32,516 nt of DNA from a virus (lineage: Duplodnaviria > Caudoviricetes). Of this stretch, positions 9,224-18,699 are shown piece by piece. The stretch covers positions 1 through 32,516 of IMG/VR virus record IMGVR_UViG_3300025751_000081; one strand, written 5' to 3'. The notes under the pieces were generated by a model. It was given only the letters and a program-made list of their open reading frames with translations. It did no database searches and had not been told where the DNA came from. How positions within the stretch are numbered: the stretch's first letter is position 1; the number at the start of each line of letters is the position of its first letter. The position numbers and the translations under genes are program-made.

Positions 9224-12068
9224 TGTTTTCTTCCCACTGTCTTAGAATTATGTACAACGATAGACTTGGTGATAATCTTGCACCAGTGCCAACACCTGCA
9301 AAACCACCTTGCGATCTAATATCATTCCATTCTTGTTTGACATAATTACGAGCATCTTCGTTGTCTAACAAATCGTAATCTTCAAACTGTGATAGATATT
9401 CAAGTTCCCAATCAGTCCATGTTGTTTTTTCTTGTGCATTTTTTAGCATTATACCATTCACTGTAGCTTCTTTGTCTGGGTCGTACACAGTTACACTGTC
9501 AACACCTGCTGATGTATAACTGTTTTCTAAAGCAAGGGAGGCATACCATTCAGCTGTAATTTTGTTTTTGTTATCAGCTGAATTTGTTTTCTTTTGTTCT
9601 TTGTAGGCTTTCATTTCACTCTTTTGAACTATGCCATCTTTGTTAATGTCCATTTTTTCTTTGAGTGATGTGCCGTCTAATACAAATGTATTTTCTTGTG
9701 ATCTTGTGTCTTCAACACTGTCTTTTAAAATCATGTCATCGTTGAAACCTTGTGTCCAACCTGTAATTGTTTTGTCAAAACCATATGCAAAAGTATCACT
9801 TGGTTTGACAGCATTTTGTTTGTTGGGATCAAGTTCAACAATAATAGGATGTGTTGCATATTTGCCGTTTTCAGTAAGTGGTCCTGCTTGTGTCATAGCA
9901 CCACCATTTGCACCTAAATCAGCATCAGTTACACTGTTTACAAAATAATATTGTGTGCCTTGTCTTTCTGCCGTCACACTTTGCAAAAATGCACTTTCAT
10001 TTTCACTCAATGTCATGTTTGTGTTTGGCACATAGTTGTTGAGTATAGGATTTGACATAACAAAATTAATTTGTTCTACGCTGTTTAATTTTGTTTTTTC
10101 ATCAATAATTGGTGAATTTGGCATAGTAATTATTTGCCCATTGTCCAATGCTTGTGGTTGAAATCCTTGATTGTACATGTTGTCTGTCATCTTTCTTGCT
10201 TCTTGATATGACACACCGTTTGCAATGTAGTAGTTGATCATCTTGTCGTAAAAACCCAACACTTTGGCATATTCAACATGACCTTTTGATATGTGTGCGG
10301 ACACAAAATCATTGTCCATTGAAAGTTTATCTACAACTTTTTCATTTTCTTTTAAGCCAGTTTTTTTAGTAGGCAATCCTTCAACAGTGGCTTTTATTTC
10401 ACCTTCTGTAATTATTGCTTCAAGCAATGCATCTTGTTGTTCACCTGCAGGCAACTCCAACGCAATCTCCATTTCTAAACTTAGATCAAGCTCAGTCATT
10501 ATTGAAATGTTGTTGTCTATTTCTAATTGTTTTAATAACTGCAATGCACTTTTTCTGTTGTTAATATCATTGCTGTTGAGATTGTTTTTAAACCAATCAA
10601 TTTCGCTGTCATCAACCAACGGAATAAGTTTTGTGTCAGTAACACCAACTTTGTCTGCTGTGTCTTGATGTCTTGTTTTTAAATCGTCAATTGACTGCGG
10701 TCCGTCTGTTAAACTAATTGTGCCACTGCCTGCTTTGGCATGTGGATTTTTGTCATTAACAATTGTTTCTAATGTTTCAATTTGATCTTGTATTAAATCT
10801 TTGGCTTTGTTCATTGCACTAATTTTGATTTGTGAGTCTGGGTCTGTGTCTTCTGCCATCAGTTCAAGACTTAGATCAATCAATTCAATTTTGGTTTCAA
10901 GATCATTGTGATCCATTTTGTCTATGTTTTTGACATAGCTTTCAACCAATGTTGCTTCAGTGTATATGTCAGTCAACATTTGCACTTCTTCATCTGACAA
11001 AAGATATTGTTGTTGTGCTTGTGCCAGTGATGCAATAGGCACAGCAGTTCTTATGTCTTCACCATCTTCTAATGCTTCAGCTACTCTGTTTTCAAAACTT
11101 GTCTTAAAAGTTTCTCTTTCTCTTGTAAACTTTTTGACCATGTCTTTGTGCATGATGTTTAGATCACTTACTAATCCTGCAACTTTGCTGTCATCAATTG
11201 TGCTAGGTATTTCAAACTGTGGTAATGCTTGTTTTATTTCATCACCATATGTTGTTTTGGCTTCGTCAATGTATTTTTGTACACCTTCTGGTGTGCTTAA
11301 ACTTGTGATAAATGCTTCTCTGTCAGCAATTGGTAATTTTTCATATGCTGATGTAATTTCTGCTTTTAATATTTCATCAAATATTGTTTGTGTGTATTGA
11401 CCAAGTGTTGCTACATCAATAATTTTTTGTTCATTGTATAATGTGTTGAGAATACTAAATTGTTCTGCAACCAACCTTTCACTTTGTCCATACAACGGAT
11501 CGCCTTCTTTGGCCAAAATACTTTGTTCTAATTGTACGCCAATGTTTGTAATTCTATCTGTTTGTATTTTTACATCCTCGGCAAGGTCTCTATTAAAAAT
11601 GTTTGAGCCAATTGAATTATTAATTCTGTTTGCCGCACTGTCATAATCAACAACAATCAATTGTTGTAAGTTACTAGGTGTAGTTTTTAATATGTCATCT
11701 CTTAATTTTTTACTTTTCTTGTTAAAAGTTTCTATGTCAAATTTGTTTTCATCATACAACTGTGTAAGTTGTGCTTCATAGTTGTTTTTAGTTTTTGCAA
11801 CAAAAGCCGCCCTTGCACCTTTTTTATATGCATCACCTCTAATAGTACCAAGTTTTGCTTCTGATTGTTGTATTGTTGTGGCACCTGATTGTAAATCTGT
11901 AAAGCCTTGTTCTTGTCCTTGTTCAGCCGCTTTTTTATCCAAATGGTTTTGTGCAAGATCATTAATGCCTTTGAGTATTGATCTTGTGCCGTCTTGCAAC
12001 ACAGGTGGTTTGAATGTAGCACCTACTTGTTTTTGTGATTGATATGTTGGTATTCTTTTTACTGCCAT
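9216..12068 (-). CDS. Internal virion (ejection) protein, gp15-like position
   Basis: 950 aa, acidic and helical, starts MAVKRIPTY; follows the gp14-like gene. Confidence 0.65.
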   Translation of the reverse strand: MAVKRIPTYQSQKQVGATFKPPVLQDGTRSILKGINDLAQNHLDKKAAEQGQEQGFTDLQSGATTIQQSEAKLGTIRGDAYKKGARAAFVAKTKNNYEAQLTQLYDENKFDIETFNKKSKKLRDDILKTTPSNLQQLIVVDYDSAANRINNSIGSNIFNRDLAEDVKIQTDRITNIGVQLEQSILAKEGDPLYGQSERLVAEQFSILNTLYNEQKIIDVATLGQYTQTIFDEILKAEITSAYEKLPIADREAFITSLSTPEGVQKYIDEAKTTYGDEIKQALPQFEIPSTIDDSKVAGLVSDLNIMHKDMVKKFTRERETFKTSFENRVAEALEDGEDIRTAVPIASLAQAQQQYLLSDEEVQMLTDIYTEATLVESYVKNIDKMDHNDLETKIELIDLSLELMAEDTDPDSQIKISAMNKAKDLIQDQIETLETIVNDKNPHAKAGSGTISLTDGPQSIDDLKTRHQDTADKVGVTDTKLIPLVDDSEIDWFKNNLNSNDINNRKSALQLLKQLEIDNNISIMTELDLSLEMEIALELPAGEQQDALLEAIITEGEIKATVEGLPTKKTGLKENEKVVDKLSMDNDFVSAHISKGHVEYAKVLGFYDKMINYYIANGVSYQEARKMTDNMYNQGFQPQALDNGQIITMPNSPIIDEKTKLNSVEQINFVMSNPILNNYVPNTNMTLSENESAFLQSVTAERQGTQYYFVNSVTDADLGANGGAMTQAGPLTENGKYATHPIIVELDPNKQNAVKPSDTFAYGFDKTITGWTQGFNDDMILKDSVEDTRSQENTFVLDGTSLKEKMDINKDGIVQKSEMKAYKEQKKTNSADNKNKITAEWYASLALENSYTSAGVDSVTVYDPDKEATVNGIMLKNAQEKTTWTDWELEYLSQFEDYDLLDNEDARNYVKQEWNDIRSQGGFAGVGTGARLSPSLSLYIILRQWEENNG

Positions 12069-12070
12069 TG

Positions 12071-12670
12071 TTATCCTCTCATTGCAAACCTAGTTCCAAA
12101 ATCAAGTAAACTGCCAAACGCCGCTTGTTTGCCCATTGCTCTTTGGTTTCTTGCTTTAATCATGTTGCTGTAAATTCTGCCTTGTGTTTCAAATGCATCT
12201 GCATAATCTTCATATGCAAACTCTGCCGCTGTATCACCCATTACATCAACAGGTGTACCTTGCAACGGATCAACACCACTGCTACCGTACAATGCAAGTT
12301 GTGTACCAATTGCTCTACGCATTTTTTTCTTACGCTCACTTTGTCTAAGCACTGAAGCTTGTTCCATGTTTTTAATTTGATATTCAGTCAATGATGCTTG
12401 TGCATTTGCAAGTGCCATTTGTTGTGAAGCCAATGCCGCTGTACTACCTGCCGCTATAAATGGTGCCGCTAATGATAGTCCCGTAAATATAGGACTCATC
12501 GCACTGTATATGCTTGAAAGTGTTCCTAATAAACCAGCACTTGAACCTGCCGCCGCCGCTGTTGCAGAAGCCGCCGCACCCATAGCCGCGCCTTGTGCCG
12601 CCGCACCCGCCGCCGCCGCCCCTGTTGCCGCTCCGCCTGTTGCTAATGATGATAATGCTAAAAATGCCAT
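12071..12670 (-). CDS. Internal virion protein B (gp14-like)
   Basis: 199 aa with an Ala/Gly-rich N-terminus and a QLALYGSSGVD...GTP motif; directly after tail tubular B. Confidence 0.75.
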   Translation of the reverse strand: MAFLALSSLATGGAATGAAAAGAAAQGAAMGAAASATAAAAGSSAGLLGTLSSIYSAMSPIFTGLSLAAPFIAAGSTAALASQQMALANAQASLTEYQIKNMEQASVLRQSERKKKMRRAIGTQLALYGSSGVDPLQGTPVDVMGDTAAEFAYEDYADAFETQGRIYSNMIKARNQRAMGKQAAFGSLLDFGTRFAMRG

Positions 12671-12686
12671 GTTTAATCCTTGCTAA

Positions 12687-12693
12687 TATTTAT
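12687..12693 (-). promoter_or_regulatory. T4-late-type promoter motif ATAAATA upstream of the ejection-protein operon
   Basis: Minus strand reads taATAAATAttagcAAGGAttaaacATG. Confidence 0.7.
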
Positions 12694-14822
12694 TAGCCGC
12701 TCCCTGTTGTGTCTAACGGCACTTTGTATTCAATGGTTGCGCCTAGTATTGTTGCTTTCAATGGATCGTTTACATTGGCAGTGATTGTTAAATCTGGCCC
12801 CATGCCTGTCAAATAAACAACTTTTGTGCCTGTGTATGTGGTAGGTGTTGAATTGATTGTTGTTGAGTTGAATGTTTCAAAACCTACATCAAATCCATCA
12901 AATGTTAATGCTTGTGTATTGCTTAACACAATGTCTGCTCTTTTCTTTGTAATCTGTTCACCACGCTGTGAGTATGTTTGTCCTACAATTACAGTTGCTG
13001 GCAATGTTTCTATGTTTGATGCATAGTGCAATCCTGCCGCAACATTTGTAAAAGTTGAATTAAGTGATGCAACACCTGATCCATCTGTGGTTACATTTGC
13101 GTGTACACTTTGATCTGCAACAACTCTTACTGTGGTGCTGGGCAAGTGATCAAGTGTAATAGATGATTGTGAACTTGTGGTGTCTGCCAAATATGAGTCT
13201 ACATAAAATTCACTGTCACTCATTTTTTCTAAATAAATTCTGTCTGTGCCATTGATGTTTCTTTTGACCAACACATACAAACTATTGTCAACTTCTAAAC
13301 ATCTTAAAAATTCACCATCTGTTTGTATTCTGCTCCAACCTAATACATCTTTTTCTACATTGATTGACATACATGCCATTTCGCCATCACCATTTACCAC
13401 AAACACATAGTTTGAATTGGTGTCTGCAAATGAACGCACATGAGCAAGATCAAGTGGATTGTTTAATACATGATGACTGATAAGTGTGTAGTTCTTGGCT
13501 TGATAACCATCTGTGTTGTAGTTGTATGCAAAAGCTCTAAGTTCTGTGTTGTTGGACAAAAACATTGCTTCTGTGTCTACAATCAACGGCTTGTGTCCAT
13601 TGTCTAGTATGCCGTAATTGGTTTGTCTTGTGACATTAACACTGGTTGGTGTTACAGGTTGCCCTTCCATAAGCCATTCACCACCACTGGCAAATATGTA
13701 AAGTTGTTGTTGTGATATTAAATGTTGAATAACATTCACTTCATCTGATGCCATTGTAAAATTAAAACCAGCATCATCTGTAACAATACCTTGTATGTGT
13801 TCTTCTGTTTCAATTGTTGAGTTACCTTCTGTGGTTGTTGTAGTTTTTTCAATTTCAACTGACTTTGTGGTTGGTTTAAAATTAAACACAGATGCAGTTT
13901 GACTGCCAAATATAGTTTGTGGCTTGTCTCTACTGCCGCCAAATATCAATCTGTTTTGATGAAATGTAACTGATCTTGGCCATCCGCCTCCATATGTTGC
14001 TGATAAATTTGAAAATGCATCAATATCCCATTCATCTGCAAGTACATCATCATCATTGACCAATTCTTCATCAACTGTGCAGAATGCTTGTGTTGATGAT
14101 GCTACATTGTGTATTTTTGCAAGTCCACCATTGATAAAAATGTGCATGTTGATGTGTCCATCAGGCCAATTTGCATTTGTCCATTGGTATGTGCCGCCAT
14201 TGATATCTAGTTGTACATTTGCACCAAAAGAAACATTAGGCTCACCGTTGGCATGATTGGCAACTGCTGTAACATTGATGCCACTGTCAAAACCAAAGTT
14301 TGTCAAAGGCACATAATCAAAATCTAAATATGATGCTGTCCAATCTGTGTGTGTTGCGCCACGCACAATTTTTACAGGACGCATGTTTTTTGAAACTATT
14401 ATGAGTGTGTCAAGTGTTTGTGTAAATCTAAATTCGTTAATGTTTGAGGTTGTGATTGGTAATACATTACCACTTACACCATCTTCAACTGTGGCTTGAT
14501 ACAAATCACTTTTGTACACATGCATTTTTGCATTTGTACCGCCGTTAGCTGGTTCAAACACCAACACATATTCTTGTTCTGCACTAAAATTAAATGCAAT
14601 CAGTCTTGCTTGTTCATGAAAACCTGCATCTGCACCCACTGTTTGCGGATGATCATCAATAAATTCAAAACCAGGTCTGCGTTTGAGTCCACCTTGTGGT
14701 AATATCAACCAATTTTCACAAGTTCTTAAACCACTTTTGTAGATGTTAGTATCTGCCCTTGCTTCCATGTAAGGGCCAACTTCACCTTTGGTAAAAAGAA
14801 ACTGCGTTTGTTTTAGTGTCAT
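12693..14822 (-). CDS. Tail tubular protein B (nozzle, gp12-like)
   Basis: FTKGEV...LPQGGLKRRPG, WPRSVTFHQNRLIFGG and GWSRIQTDG motifs; 709 aa. Confidence 0.9.
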   Translation of the reverse strand: MTLKQTQFLFTKGEVGPYMEARADTNIYKSGLRTCENWLILPQGGLKRRPGFEFIDDHPQTVGADAGFHEQARLIAFNFSAEQEYVLVFEPANGGTNAKMHVYKSDLYQATVEDGVSGNVLPITTSNINEFRFTQTLDTLIIVSKNMRPVKIVRGATHTDWTASYLDFDYVPLTNFGFDSGINVTAVANHANGEPNVSFGANVQLDINGGTYQWTNANWPDGHINMHIFINGGLAKIHNVASSTQAFCTVDEELVNDDDVLADEWDIDAFSNLSATYGGGWPRSVTFHQNRLIFGGSRDKPQTIFGSQTASVFNFKPTTKSVEIEKTTTTTEGNSTIETEEHIQGIVTDDAGFNFTMASDEVNVIQHLISQQQLYIFASGGEWLMEGQPVTPTSVNVTRQTNYGILDNGHKPLIVDTEAMFLSNNTELRAFAYNYNTDGYQAKNYTLISHHVLNNPLDLAHVRSFADTNSNYVFVVNGDGEMACMSINVEKDVLGWSRIQTDGEFLRCLEVDNSLYVLVKRNINGTDRIYLEKMSDSEFYVDSYLADTTSSQSSITLDHLPSTTVRVVADQSVHANVTTDGSGVASLNSTFTNVAAGLHYASNIETLPATVIVGQTYSQRGEQITKKRADIVLSNTQALTFDGFDVGFETFNSTTINSTPTTYTGTKVVYLTGMGPDLTITANVNDPLKATILGATIEYKVPLDTTGSG

Positions 14823-15418
14823 GAGTAAGTAACTTTGAATTGCCCTTGATGTGCATCAATTAAACTGCCTCTTCCAATTATTTTTTGAGGTGGATTTTCT
14901 TGACCATCAGCAATTCTTGCCTTTCGTAACTTTTCGTTAAACTCTTGAAACAATCTTTCTTGTACAGAGCCTATGCCAGTTATTGCTTCAGCCATTTCAA
15001 ATGCCAATTTTGCTACCAAACACTCTGTAAAGAATGCTGGGAAGTCACTTTCAGTTTGCAATTCAATGTACTGTAATCTTGCGCCACTAAATGTTGTGTA
15101 AATTTTGTTGTTTTCTACACTGTAATCTGTGTAGTAGTTGCCGTTCTTGTCAAACACACCAATTACTCTGATCAAATTTGCAGGCATAGAATAAACTGCT
15201 GTGTAGTTTGGGTCAGTGATGGTTTCATTTAATTGTGCTAGTATTTTCTTTTGTGTAGCAAAGTTCCATTGTGCGTAGTTGAATAATGTTTCTTTGACTG
15301 TGTCATACATGTTTGACACAACTTGAGCCTCTCTTGTGTTGGCTGTAAAATCTGTGATAGGTGCTCCGCCTAAACGGATCAGCGCCATTGAAGCAATTTT
15401 TTCCTTTGTCATAGTCAT
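14819..15418 (-). CDS. Tail tubular protein A (adaptor, gp11-like)
   Basis: IASMALIRLG, WNFAT, FPAFFTECLVAKLA and ARIADGQE motifs; 199 aa after capsid. Confidence 0.9.
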   Translation of the reverse strand: MTMTKEKIASMALIRLGGAPITDFTANTREAQVVSNMYDTVKETLFNYAQWNFATQKKILAQLNETITDPNYTAVYSMPANLIRVIGVFDKNGNYYTDYSVENNKIYTTFSGARLQYIELQTESDFPAFFTECLVAKLAFEMAEAITGIGSVQERLFQEFNEKLRKARIADGQENPPQKIIGRGSLIDAHQGQFKVTYS

Positions 15419-15439
15419 CTGTGTGTTTCCTAATCTAAA

Positions 15440-15465
15440 GTAAGGGCTAGTTGCCTAGCCCTTAC
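15440..15465 (-). terminator. Stem-loop after the major capsid gene (leaky terminator or processing site)
   Basis: GTAAGGGCTAG-GCAA-CTAGCCCTTAC: 11-bp perfect stem with a GNRA loop, followed by a short U run. Confidence 0.75.
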
Positions 15466-15474
15466 AAATCGTTA

Positions 15475-16350
15475 TTACTCAGTTACATCAATCTGCACTA
15501 AGCCTGTAGTGTCAATCACTGCACAACCTTGTGTAAATTCTGCTGTAACTAGGTGAGCAACTTTTTGAGGTACATAATCAAATCTTGATGTAATGTCCTT
15601 ACCAATTGCACATCCAATTGAATCACGATCAAATGCGTAACAAGCTCTTACACCTGCTGTTGCTGTTAACAAGTTAGAAACAACAAGATTGAAACCCATT
15701 ATGTTTGGAATATAACCAGTTTGTAAACCTTGGTTTGCAACATAATCAGATGACACAAGTGTTGTGTCGCCTAATAAGTCTGTTAACGCCGCTGGTGAAA
15801 TAACAAGCATTCTGTTATCGCCCATAGCAACATCATTGTCATTCAATGCTTCCGCTGCCGCAATAAGAGCAGTTTTGTTTAAACCACTGCCTGCTGTTAC
15901 TGTTGAACCCGGTGTTGCCGCGTCCATCACTGCAATTAACTCAGAGTCATACGCTCTGTTAAGAGCCGCCGCAATTGCGCCTTGGTATGAATTTCTGTAG
16001 TCAATATTAGTTCTTAATTGATCGATGTCTTCAATGTATTCACCTGTAACAAATGAGTTCATGTCTGCTGGTACAACTGCGTGTGATGCCGTTCCACCTG
16101 TGTATGATTCACCATTTGATGGTGCTGAGAAACTGCCTGAATCAGACATTGGTACTAAGTCCGCGTTTCTCGTTTTGTTTTTGATGTATCCACCTTTACC
16201 TAGTGTGTGAAATTTGTACTGATTACCAACAACACCACGCACAGTTCTTACAGCACCTTGTAATTTAGATGCTTTTTGTTGTGCTAGATGAGTTACATCC
16301 TCAGACCACATTTGGATAAATGCGTTGGATACTGTTCCGCCTACTGCCAT
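15475..16350 (-). CDS. Major capsid protein
   Basis: 291 aa; AFIQMWSEDVTHLAQQKASKL, IEDIDQLRTNID and ALNRAYD motifs typical of podoviral capsids; strong AAGGAG SD; highly biased codons. Confidence 0.9.
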   Translation of the reverse strand: MAVGGTVSNAFIQMWSEDVTHLAQQKASKLQGAVRTVRGVVGNQYKFHTLGKGGYIKNKTRNADLVPMSDSGSFSAPSNGESYTGGTASHAVVPADMNSFVTGEYIEDIDQLRTNIDYRNSYQGAIAAALNRAYDSELIAVMDAATPGSTVTAGSGLNKTALIAAAEALNDNDVAMGDNRMLVISPAALTDLLGDTTLVSSDYVANQGLQTGYIPNIMGFNLVVSNLLTATAGVRACYAFDRDSIGCAIGKDITSRFDYVPQKVAHLVTAEFTQGCAVIDTTGLVQIDVTE

Positions 16351-16527
16351 AGTAAGTACTCCTTCTAAAAAAATATTAATTTATTTTTGCAAACTAAATC
16401 GTGGAATTGTTGATTGATGTGTTCAAGGCCTAGTGGTTATCTCTACTGCACAATCAGTTCTAAACAATTAGTTTATTACCTGTTGTGTAAGGGCACAATT
16501 GGTTGTGTTATCCTGTTTCAACACAGT

Positions 16528-16534
16528 TATTTAT
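16528..16534 (-). promoter_or_regulatory. T4-late-type promoter motif ATAAATA, about 180 nt upstream of capsid
   Basis: gcATAAATAac lies just after the upstream gene's stop. Confidence 0.65.
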
Positions 16535-16537
16535 GCT

Positions 16538-16777
16538 TTACCAGTTCTTGCATGACCAATATCGTGCTGTCATTTTGTTTTTTGCTGTAGAGCATTTGTG
16601 TCTTGCTCTAAATGATTTGCGTCGTGCTGGGTTTGATTTTTTGATACGCATGTTGGGATCACCAAAGCGAATTGTTTTGACATTACCCGTCTTGGGGTTT
16701 TTGACATACACCTTAAACTTTTTGGGTCCGCCTGGTGTCCTAATTGGTTTGTTGAGTGGGCTTTTTTTTGCGGCCAT
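16538..16777 (-). CDS. Small basic protein (DUF6321/DUF5754-like family)
   Basis: IRFGDPNMRIKKSNPARRKSFRARHKC...ARYWSCKNW is a motif I recognise from aquatic phage proteins. Confidence 0.8.
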   Translation of the reverse strand: MAAKKSPLNKPIRTPGGPKKFKVYVKNPKTGNVKTIRFGDPNMRIKKSNPARRKSFRARHKCSTAKNKMTARYWSCKNW

Positions 16778-16781
16778 TAAC

Positions 16782-16883
16782 TTACTTACCGTAACCCTTC
16801 ATTTTGTATTTGCCTTTAGATTTAGTTTTCTTTGCTTTGCTCTTGTATGAGCCTTTCTTAGATTTGTGTGATTTTTTATGCAT
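16782..16883 (-). CDS. 33-aa Lys-rich micropeptide MHKKSHKSKKGSYKSKAKKTKSKGKYKMKGYGK
   Basis: Below the ORF-track cutoff. Preceded by ATAAATA (16901-16907) and AAGGAG SD; fills the gap, ending 4 nt before the next ATG. Confidence 0.8.
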   Translation of the reverse strand: MHKKSHKSKKGSYKSKAKKTKSKGKYKMKGYGK

Positions 16884-16900
16884 GATGATCTCCTTGCTAG

Positions 16901-16907
16901 TATTTAT
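16901..16907 (-). promoter_or_regulatory. T4-late-type promoter motif ATAAATA
   Basis: ccATAAATActagcAAGGAGatcatcATG. Confidence 0.7.
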
Positions 16908-17365
16908 GGCAAACGGCTGTTGTTGACCAACAGTAATACTCGCCTCAATTCTGGATATGTGTTGTCGCCATTGTCGTCAATGCGTTCCTGCACCCATGCA
17001 CAAAAGTCCACACTGTTGAGTAGATTGCGTACTATGGTTTCATCAGTTTGTGCCAATGTGTCCAACCATTCCATGTACACATACTCGTCCGATATCCAGC
17101 TTTCCACATCGTCCTCGTCTTCCACATATAGGTTTTCTTCTGAGTGTGCTGGTCCGTATTTTTCGCACTGCTCCCTAAACTTCAATAGGTTACCGCCGTA
17201 ACGCTCCAATAGTTCTTGTGCTGTGATGTTTTCGTCCTGTTCAAATCTCGTTTTTGTGAATTGATTAGTGGTAACCATAAAAGGTTCCGCATACCAACGA
17301 TCGCCCTTGAGCTTTTGCATCATTTGAACTTTGTGTGCTAGTTGTTGTGCTTGTGTTTTATCCAT
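16904..17365 (-). CDS. Hypothetical acidic protein
   Basis: 153 aa ORF with GAGGAG SD and an upstream ATAAATA; no family recognised. Confidence 0.75.
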   Translation of the reverse strand: MDKTQAQQLAHKVQMMQKLKGDRWYAEPFMVTTNQFTKTRFEQDENITAQELLERYGGNLLKFREQCEKYGPAHSEENLYVEDEDDVESWISDEYVYMEWLDTLAQTDETIVRNLLNSVDFCAWVQERIDDNGDNTYPELRRVLLLVNNSRLP

Positions 17366-17380
17366 TAAATACTCCTCGTT

Positions 17381-17393
17381 TATAAATATTTAT
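17381..17393. promoter_or_regulatory. Overlapping divergent late-type promoters (TATAAATA on +, ATAAATA on -)
   Basis: TATAAATATTTAT lies between divergent genes 17365(-) and 17416(+); the + copy is the perfect T4 consensus. Confidence 0.75.
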
Positions 17394-17415
17394 TAGCAGA
17401 GAGAGGCACCATATT

Positions 17416-17751
17416 TTGCCAAAAAAATTCATCAAACATTGGGATCAACGACTTTTCAAACAGTGGATCAAGGTACACAAGGGTTGCTGGTTATGGCAAC
17501 GCACCCGCACAACCAGTGGCTACGGTGTCCTATACCATGACAAGACCAAATGGTTGGCGCACCGTTTCGCAGTGTTGTTGTACGGTATGTGCAGTGAAGC
17601 CAAACTATCACGCAACATAGTACGACACACTTGTGACCGTGGACATGAAGGTTGTGTGAATCCTAGGCACCTTATCGTGGGCACACAGCGAGAGAATGTT
17701 GGGGACATGATGAAGCGAGGCCGTTACAAACACTACAAGCAGATTGATTAA
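17416..17751 (+). CDS. HNH endonuclease (HNH_3 / His-Me finger type)
   Basis: CWLW..GYG..AHR..VRHTCD..CVNPRHL..GT..EN..DM; GAGG SD before the TTG start. Confidence 0.88.
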   Translation: MPKKFIKHWDQRLFKQWIKVHKGCWLWQRTRTTSGYGVLYHDKTKWLAHRFAVLLYGMCSEAKLSRNIVRHTCDRGHEGCVNPRHLIVGTQRENVGDMMKRGRYKHYKQID

Positions 17752-17759
17752 ATACTGTT

Positions 17760-17951
17760 ATGACACATGTAATACAATTCGTAACACTCACGGACAGCGA
17801 AACAGCACGATTCATCAAATGGTGTTCAACCTGTTGTTTCCACAAGTGGACAGTGGACAAGATCAACAGTGAAACACATTTCACATTTTGGGACAGGATG
17901 GATGCAGATAGATTTGTGCTGTGCCATCGCGATTTTCTAGAAGCTTTATAG
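17760..17951 (+). CDS. Small hypothetical protein
   Basis: 63 aa following HNH; TAAATA at 17749-17754 just upstream of the ATG. Confidence 0.55.
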   Translation: MTHVIQFVTLTDSETARFIKWCSTCCFHKWTVDKINSETHFTFWDRMDADRFVLCHRDFLEAL

Positions 17952-18177
17952 AAAATGGTGGCCGTTTTTTTCTTGCTTAGCCGCACACCAGTATTTTCTA
18001 AAAAGGGGTGGCCACCCTGTAAAAATTGGCCAAAACTGCAAAAACACACACCCTAGGGTGAAGCTGTTATATTTACAGCACCACATTGGCCAGATTTCTC
18101 TATACAGCACAAGAGGTTGCGACGCCACCATAGGCCACCGTGCGGAGATCGTGTAAGCATCACCCTGTCCAAAGATT

Positions 18178-18238
18178 GTATTACATTGGACACAGCAGTA
18201 TTCTGTTGGATGCGAACAGTATTACATTGGACACAGCA
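18178..18238. repeat. 20-bp direct repeat GTATTACATTGGACACAGCA x2 with a degenerate middle copy
   Basis: 18178-18197 equals 18219-18238; the intervening GTATTCTGTTGGAT recurs at 18755-18768. Confidence 0.85.
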
Positions 18239-18330
18239 TGATTACCACACAGCAATCACTTTGCGCCACTCTATACCACCGTCCAACACGCTGAAAGTAA
18301 AGCGTTCGCCACGGTGAATCCACAGCAAGG

Positions 18331-18370
18331 CACACGCTGATGAACGGTGAAGCACGGTGATGAACGGTGA
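18331..18370. repeat. 10-bp-phased ACG(G/C)TGA repeats x4 (iteron-like)
   Basis: cacacgctga tgaacggtga agcacggtga tgaacggtga; another ACGGTGA at 18311. Confidence 0.8.
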
Positions 18371-18670
18371 TGCATCATTTTTATCCTCTTTTATAAGGTT
18401 GCGTACATCACAATCACGGAAGCTGTGCGATTAGTTAGTAAAGCACAATGTTATCCAAAATAATCCACCATTCACCATTGTCCAACGCACAATCAGACTT
18501 TAAAATGTGAAAGTGAAACAGCGTTCAAACAAACACAGGCACAAGCGTTCTAAATTGGACAGCAAGTATAGACAGCAAGAGTGTAGGCGAGAGGAATATG
18601 CTGTAGCCAGGATAATGTCACAACTGGCGTTGGCAGTTTCAGAAAAATCCTCTTTTGTCAAGAAAAAAGA

Positions 18671-18699
18671 TTGACAACACCACACTATTATGCTATTAT
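18671..18699 (+). promoter_or_regulatory. Strong sigma70-type promoter
   Basis: TTGACA-N17-TATTAT with an extended TG and an upstream A-tract; the -35 sits in the inverted repeat TTGTCAA-N9-TTGACAA. Confidence 0.8.

Noticed and set aside
15466-15520. T7 gp10B-like programmed frameshift at the capsid 3' end
   Set aside because: No slippery heptamer seen; tandem TAA TAA stops followed by a hairpin and no extension ORF.
373-16210. Numerous plus-strand ORFs of 60-150 aa opposite the structural genes
   Set aside because: Antisense shadows of long minus-strand genes, with Ser/Val/Leu/Cys-biased composition and no SD.
18178-18238. Mini CRISPR array
   Set aside because: Only two 20-bp repeats, the 21-nt spacer is itself a degenerate repeat copy, and there are no cas genes.
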